From the human T2T-CHM13v2.0 reference genome, Homo sapiens: a DNA stretch of 64,000 nucleotides. Of the stretch, positions 58,273 to 64,000 are shown in pieces; positions within the stretch are counted from its first letter, which is position 1; each line of letters opens with the position of its first letter. The position numbers and the translations under genes were made by a program. The stretch lies in assembly GCF_009914755.1 (NCBI RefSeq), contig NC_060926.1; one strand, given 5' to 3'. Under the pieces are notes generated by a model. The model had not been told where the DNA came from. It made no database searches and saw only the letters and a program-made list of their open reading frames with translations.

Positions 58273-59411
58273 ACGTGAGCGTGGGTGGGCATGATTGTGT
58301 CCTGGGCATGTAGGAGGTGGGATTCAGCCTAGGAACAGTTGGGGAAACTGGGAGGGAATGAGCATTCAGCCAGCCCCCTGTGTAACAGGAGCCTCTAGCT
58401 CAGGGAGGGTTGGCTAAATTGAGGGCGAGATGAGGAGAGAGAAGTTGGCAAGAGCAAAAATTCAAACACCCTTATTTCCTGTAGCCACTTCTGGAGCTGG
58501 ATGAAGGCAAGTTGGCAGGACAGTCTCTGGGCAATTGTGTGGCCTTGAGTAGGGCTTTCAGCTTCTCAGAGCCTCAGTTTCCTCATCTGTAGAATGGGGA
58601 GATACCACTGCATCTTACAGAGCTGCTGTGAGGATCAAACTAGGTAGACTGTGAAAGTGCTTGCAACCATGAAGCGGTGACTAGGGCAGAGAACATTTGG
58701 GGTTGGAGAGTGGAATTGCTGTACTCATCCAATCTGCTGCTTTTCATTAACAAGCCAGGGAGACTATCTGAGGGTGAGGGAGGGGCTCAGGGCAGTGGCC
58801 TAAATACAGGAGGAGGATTATCACCGGGTCCAGCTGTCCCTGCCTGGGTTGAGGATGATCAAAGAGCCCCCTGCGGCTGCTTTCCTCCTGCTCAATCCTT
58901 TGCCCTCTGGCTGAGTGTAGCGTTCCCAGAGGGCTGCCCTGAGTTCGTGACAGCCAGGAGGTCAGGCAGCTCCTCATCAACGGACCAAACCTCAGACATG
59001 GAGTTTCCTCTGGACACGGTAGAAAATCAGAACAGGGAGTGTGGAACGGCCTAGGCTGGGGAGGGAAGCCTGGGTTGGAACCTTGGCTCACCCTCTGACT
59101 GGCCCTGTTACCAAGTGTAGGTTGCATCCCACCTGTGGGCCTCAGTTTCTCCATCTATGAAGGCTGGCTCACCCTTGGAAAGTGTGGTGAGGTGGAGGCC
59201 ATGACACAGCTCTGAAAAAACTGATCAAAAAATGCACCAGGAAGATCCCTGGAGTCCAGGCCCTGCCTCCCTCCACCCCGACCTCATCTCAGGTGGACAG
59301 GCAGATTCTAACACCCTCCACATGTGCCATATCCAGAGGAAAAGAGGCTCAAAAACCCAAGAGCCTTTGAGACCCCTCCAGCCCAGGTCTCTGCAAGAAG
59401 AAGCAGGACTG

Positions 59412-59721
59412 TCTTTCCTTTTCTTTCAGACAGAATCTCACTCTGTCACCCTGGCTGGAGTGCAATGGTGCCATCATGGCTCACTGCAGCCTCAACCTCC
59501 CGGCCTCAAGCCATCCTCCCACCTCAGCCTTCTGAGCAGCTGAGGCTACAGGTGCGCACCACCATGCCTGGCTAATTTTTTATTTTTTGTAGAGAAAGGA
59601 TCTCACTATGCAACATAGTGAGATCAAGACCAGGCTGGTCTTGAACTCCTGGGCTCAAGTAATCCTCCCACCTCGACCTCCTAAAGTAGTGGGATTGCAG
59701 GCATGGGCCACCGCACCCAGT
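59412..59721 (-). mobile_element. AluJ-type element with an internal inverted duplication
   Basis: Reverse Alu with a non-consensus segment at 59611-59630. Confidence 0.9.
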
Positions 59722-60816
59722 CAAGACTGTCATTTTTAATGGCAAAGTTTTCACTGGGCCAGAGAGCCAAGCCTGCCTTGGGCCTGGGGGTCCAGTCGGA
59801 CCGGGTGCTGGGGAAGGGTCTACGTGTGGGTACTCCGAGGGCCTGGTCCTAGCCTGACCGCAGGGCAGCACTGGCGAGGTCCTTCCTGGGTCCTCATGGA
59901 GGAAGAAGTTGTGCCAAGGCTTGCATGGCCGCCCAGGAAGCCACTCAGCTCCTAAGAAGTGGGAAGGAGATGCTGACGGGCATGACCAAGGCATCTCCCA
60001 CCGGCCTCTCTAGGAGGGACTGTGCTTACTGGTAGCCTGGGTGAGACCATCTGGGCCCCAGCTTTGGGCACTTTGGGCACTTGGGTCAATAATCTGAGCG
60101 CTGTGAAGCCCCTGGCTGGTGAGTCTCCTGTTCTTTATCCAGAATTCCCTGAGAAGAAGCCCCATCGGCCCCCATGACCGAACTCGGTGCACAACCCGCA
60201 GTAAAGGCATAGTCACTTCTTATGGGGTGATGGATGAGAACCAGGCGTGGGAGCCTCTATTCACCAGGCATTCTCCACAAAAACTTCTCTTATCCATGGT
60301 CTTTTCCCTCTGGGGATGAAATCAAAGGAAAGAGGAGTGACATTTCCCAGGAGTCTCCCCACAGGGCCCTCCCCGGGGGGTGAGGGAGGCTCCGGAGGTG
60401 GCTGGCTGCTGGGCGTCCCAGCGTGGAGACCGGAAGGAGGGCAGTACAGGACCAGGCTCTCAGGACACCAGCCTCATGGAGCGCTTGGGAGTTTGGGAAT
60501 GGAGAATGGAAAAGGAAAGTTGTGGGGGCAGCTGCTATATGTGCGGAAGATTCTACGAGGGCAACGATGAGGAGGGGATTTCTGTAATGTTTTACTGCAC
60601 ATCGGAAAGGCAGGTGTGATTCCTGGGTAAAGCGACAGGGTGAAAGATCCCTTGCATCAAACCTCACTCCCTCCTGACACCTGCCAAAATGAAAGTAAAG
60701 GGGTTTCTTAGAGGCATGACCCACAAAAACATAGAGACCTGACAGGGAAACAACAGCAGGTTCACAGTGACATACACAGGAAACAGACAAGCAAGTGGGA
60801 AGTAACCCAGCAGATT

Positions 60817-61404
60817 TGAGGAAGCAGGACCCAAAGCCCACAGCGGGGAAGGTGACACCACCCCGATCTCCATCCCGGAATCCCCTACAGACTCTGCGAC
60901 TGAGGAAGCAGGAACCAAAGCCCACAGCGGGGAAGGCAACACAATCCTGATCTACATCCCAGAATCCCCTACAGACTCTGTGACTGAGGAAGCAGGACCC
61001 TAAGCCCACAGCAGGGAAGGTGACACCACCCCGATCTCCATCCCGGAATCCCCTACAGACTCCGCAACTGAGGAAGCAGGACCTGAAGCCCACAGCGGGG
61101 AAGGCAACACCATCCTGATCTCCATCCCGGAATCCCCTACAGACTCTGCGACTGAGGAAGCAGGACCCGAAGCCCACAGCGGGGAAGGCAACACCATCCT
61201 GATCTACATCCCAGAATCCCCTACAGACTCTGTGACTGAGGAAGCAGGACCCTAAGCCCACAGTGGGGAAGGTGACACCACCCCAATCTCCATCCCAGAA
61301 TCCCCTACAGACTCCGCGACTGAGGAAGCAGGACCCGAATCCCACAGCGGGGAAGGTGACACCACCCTGATCTCCATCCCGGAATCCCCTACAGACTCTG
61401 CGAC
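60817..61404. repeat. VNTR/minisatellite, 7 copies of an 84-bp unit
   Basis: Unit starts TGAGGAAGCAGGA at 60817, 60901, 60985, 61069, 61153, 61237 and 61321. Confidence 0.97.
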
Positions 61405-61899
61405 TGGAAGTCCCTGGTAGCGCTGGAAATAGAGGCTGGCTGAAAGGAAGGTCAATTGCAAGTGTTTAAAGCAGTTGGAGTTCTAGACACCCCCACCCCC
61501 GCCAACCTACAGGCTGCTCAGCACCACGGGGTGACTGCCCATCCCCAGCCCCTGCAAAAGACGGGAGTTTGTTCTCTGGGGAGAGTATAGCAGAGGCTTT
61601 CTCCACGGGGGACGTCAGACATGGTTGAGAACTGGGGAGTGAATAAACATACAGGTGCTGAACTCTGAGACCTCACCAGCCCTCTTTCCTAACATGGCTC
61701 TAGGATGCTAGCAGGCAGAATTTTACTCTCCATTTTTCTAGAGAATCCTCAAAATGACCCCTCAGATCGCCCTTCAGTGAAGCTCCCAGTTGATAAATCC
61801 CACCTAGGGACTTCAGCTTTAAAACAGCTTTTTAGCAACCACCCTTCAGTCATCATCATGAGCCCTTGATGACCAGATATCTGAGGAAGGCTTCTGACG

Positions 61900-63150
61900 T
61901 GCAAGCCAAGGACCCAAACAAACAAGTGAGAAAAGCATCTTAAAGGAAAAAGGAGAGGACGCTACAAAAACGAGAAAGATCAGAGAACAAAAATGAGCTC
62001 TTGGAAACTAAACGCATGATGGCAGAAGTGAAAAACCCTATTAGAGTTGAAGATAAAGTGGAGGAAATCTTCCAGAAAGAAGAGCAAAAAGGCAAAGATG
62101 AAAAGTAGGAGAGAAAAGACAGAGAATAAAGGACCAATCTAGGATGTACAGCATCAGAATATTAAAGTTCCAGAAAGAAAGGACAAAGAAAACAGAAGGG
62201 AGAAAGTTATCAATGAAATAATTAAAGGAAAGGCCCCAGAGCTGAAGGACATGAGTTTCCAGACTGAGTGGGTCCTCCGCGTGCCTCACACACAGGGGGA
62301 AGGACTCGTGCCAACAATTATTGTTGGGAATATCAGAGTAGTAAAATAAAAGAGAAGAGTCTACAAGTTTCCAGGAAAAAAAAAAAAAAAAAAACAGGGA
62401 ATGAAAAAAGATCAGGAAACAGAAAGGCTTTGGACCTCTCAATAACAACGGTGAAAGCTAAAATGCAATTAAGTGATGCTTTCCAAATTCTAAAGAAAAA
62501 TGATATCCAACCTACAATTCCATCTAAACTCTCAGTCAAAGGCCAGTTTCAGTGGCATGCACATGTTATCCCAGCACTTTGGGAGGCTGAGGCAGGAGAA
62601 TTACTTAAGCCCAGGAGATCAAGACCAGCCTAGGCAACATAGTGGGACCCTATCTCTACAAAAAATAAATAAATAGGTAAATTATCAGTCAAGTATGAGA
62701 GGAGAAAAAGACATTTTCAGATATGTAAGTTGTAAAAACATTTATCTCCATGCAGCCTTTATCAGAAAGCTACCAGAGGATGTGCTCCACCAAAAGAAGG
62801 GGAGTAAATGGAGAGACATGAAAACAGAAAATGCAAGACCCAAGAGAGTGGTGAGAAGAATCTGAGATGGTCATGAAAGGAGATCCCAAGGTGGTAACAT
62901 ATACCAGGCTCAGAGGGCAACCCAGTCCTGGTTAGAGAATGTTAGAAGGCTCCAAGAGAAATTTTGCTAGGAAAAGGAAATGTACAGGAAACTTCTCACT
63001 TCTAAATGCCTTTGGAGAAGACTTAGAAGATTGGCAGAGGTTTGGTGTCATTTCAATGAAAAGTACATAGACAACTAAGCAAAAACAATGATGACATCCA
63101 GGAAAAATAAACAAAACTACACAGAAAGGGAAAGTAACTACAGCTTATTT
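61900..63150 (+). mobile_element. Degenerate old L1 5'/ORF1 region with an Alu monomer (~62540-62675)
   Basis: A-rich ORF1-like text (GAAGATAAAGTGGAGGAAATCTTCCAGAAAG; CCCAGAGCTGAAGGACATGAGTTTCCAGA). Confidence 0.7.
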
Positions 63151-63152
63151 CA

Positions 63153-63524
<372 letters not shown>

Positions 63525-63823
63525 CTATTGATCTCCCCCAAACTATCATGTAACTATATTGGGAGGGCAGGGGAACAAGGAGTGAGGAATAGGATGGGTG
63601 TTGGGGAGGGGAAGAGCTTTAGCTCTTCTTAGGGGAAGTCAAAGGCTGAACTATCAAGAAGGGGTAATACAAGGTGCTCTTTAAAGACATGGAGGCAAAT
63701 AAGGAAAGAATCAGCCAAGAGCTGAAAATAGTTGCCTTTGAGAAGAGGAAATGTGGCAACCCTCATAGGGCAACTTAACTCCTGGCACACATGAATAATT
63801 TTGATTTAAAAACTTAAAAAAAA

Positions 63824-64000
63824 GGCCAGGTGAGGTGGCTCACACCTGTAATCCCAGCATTTTGGGAGGCCGAGGTGGGCAGATCACTTGAGGTCAGGAG
63901 TTCAAGACCAACCTGGCCAACATGGAGAAACCCTATCTCTACTAAAAATACAAAAATTAGCCAGGCATGGCGGCACGCGCCTGTAATCCCAGCTACTCAG
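63824..64000 (+). mobile_element. Alu truncated by the window end
   Basis: GGCCAGGTGAGGTGGCTCACACCTGTAATCCCAGC start. Confidence 0.95.

Noticed and set aside
60290-61345. 351-aa minus-strand ORF, the longest in the track
   Set aside because: It starts at GTG, and about half its length comes from the stop-free 84-bp VNTR unit. The rest resembles no protein I recognise, and I see no supporting gene structure.
60817-61404. Regularly spaced repeats resembling a CRISPR array
   Set aside because: The whole 84-bp unit repeats with no unique spacers, the context is eukaryotic and there are no cas genes. It is a minisatellite.

Overview
Primate, almost certainly human, genomic DNA (Alu-, L1-, L2- and LTR-rich). 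From the proteins it encodes I recognise it as the 2p23.3 segment OTOF | CIMIP2C (C2orf70/FAM166C) | CIB4. Two protein-coding genes are supported by ORFs and GT-AG sites. The complete 4-exon CIMIP2C gene is on + (CDS 3771-3844, 17050-17323, 18664-18776, 20442-20586; 606 nt = 201 aa; CpG-island promoter with RFX X-box, forkhead, MYB and GC-box motifs). Convergent with it on - are the last four exons of the EF-hand gene CIB4 (36325-36466, 24937-25046, 23973-24061, 22511-22541); 36467-64000 appears to be one large CIB4 intron. Main observations not explained by these genes: (1) the -1 frame of CIMIP2C is stop-free across all four exons, and a 36-nt cassette exon (13265-13300) would kill the main frame while supplying an ATG to this second frame; (2) a chain of antisense exons inside CIMIP2C (18071-18109, 17631-17656, 15075-15143, 14306-~14070 with AATAAA) splices into a 40-aa basic microprotein, and its last two exons are also in frame with the penultimate CIB4 exon; (3) a 59-nt candidate CIB4 exon carries an overlapping stop/start (ATGA); (4) a tailless 5S rRNA retrocopy with an 18-bp TSD; (5) an Alu-tail-derived (GAA)n tract in a CIB4 intron; (6) an 84-bp x 7 VNTR with higher-order structure. 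All splice models were read by eye and need transcript data. Repeat family names and boundaries come from remembered consensus sequences and are approximate.
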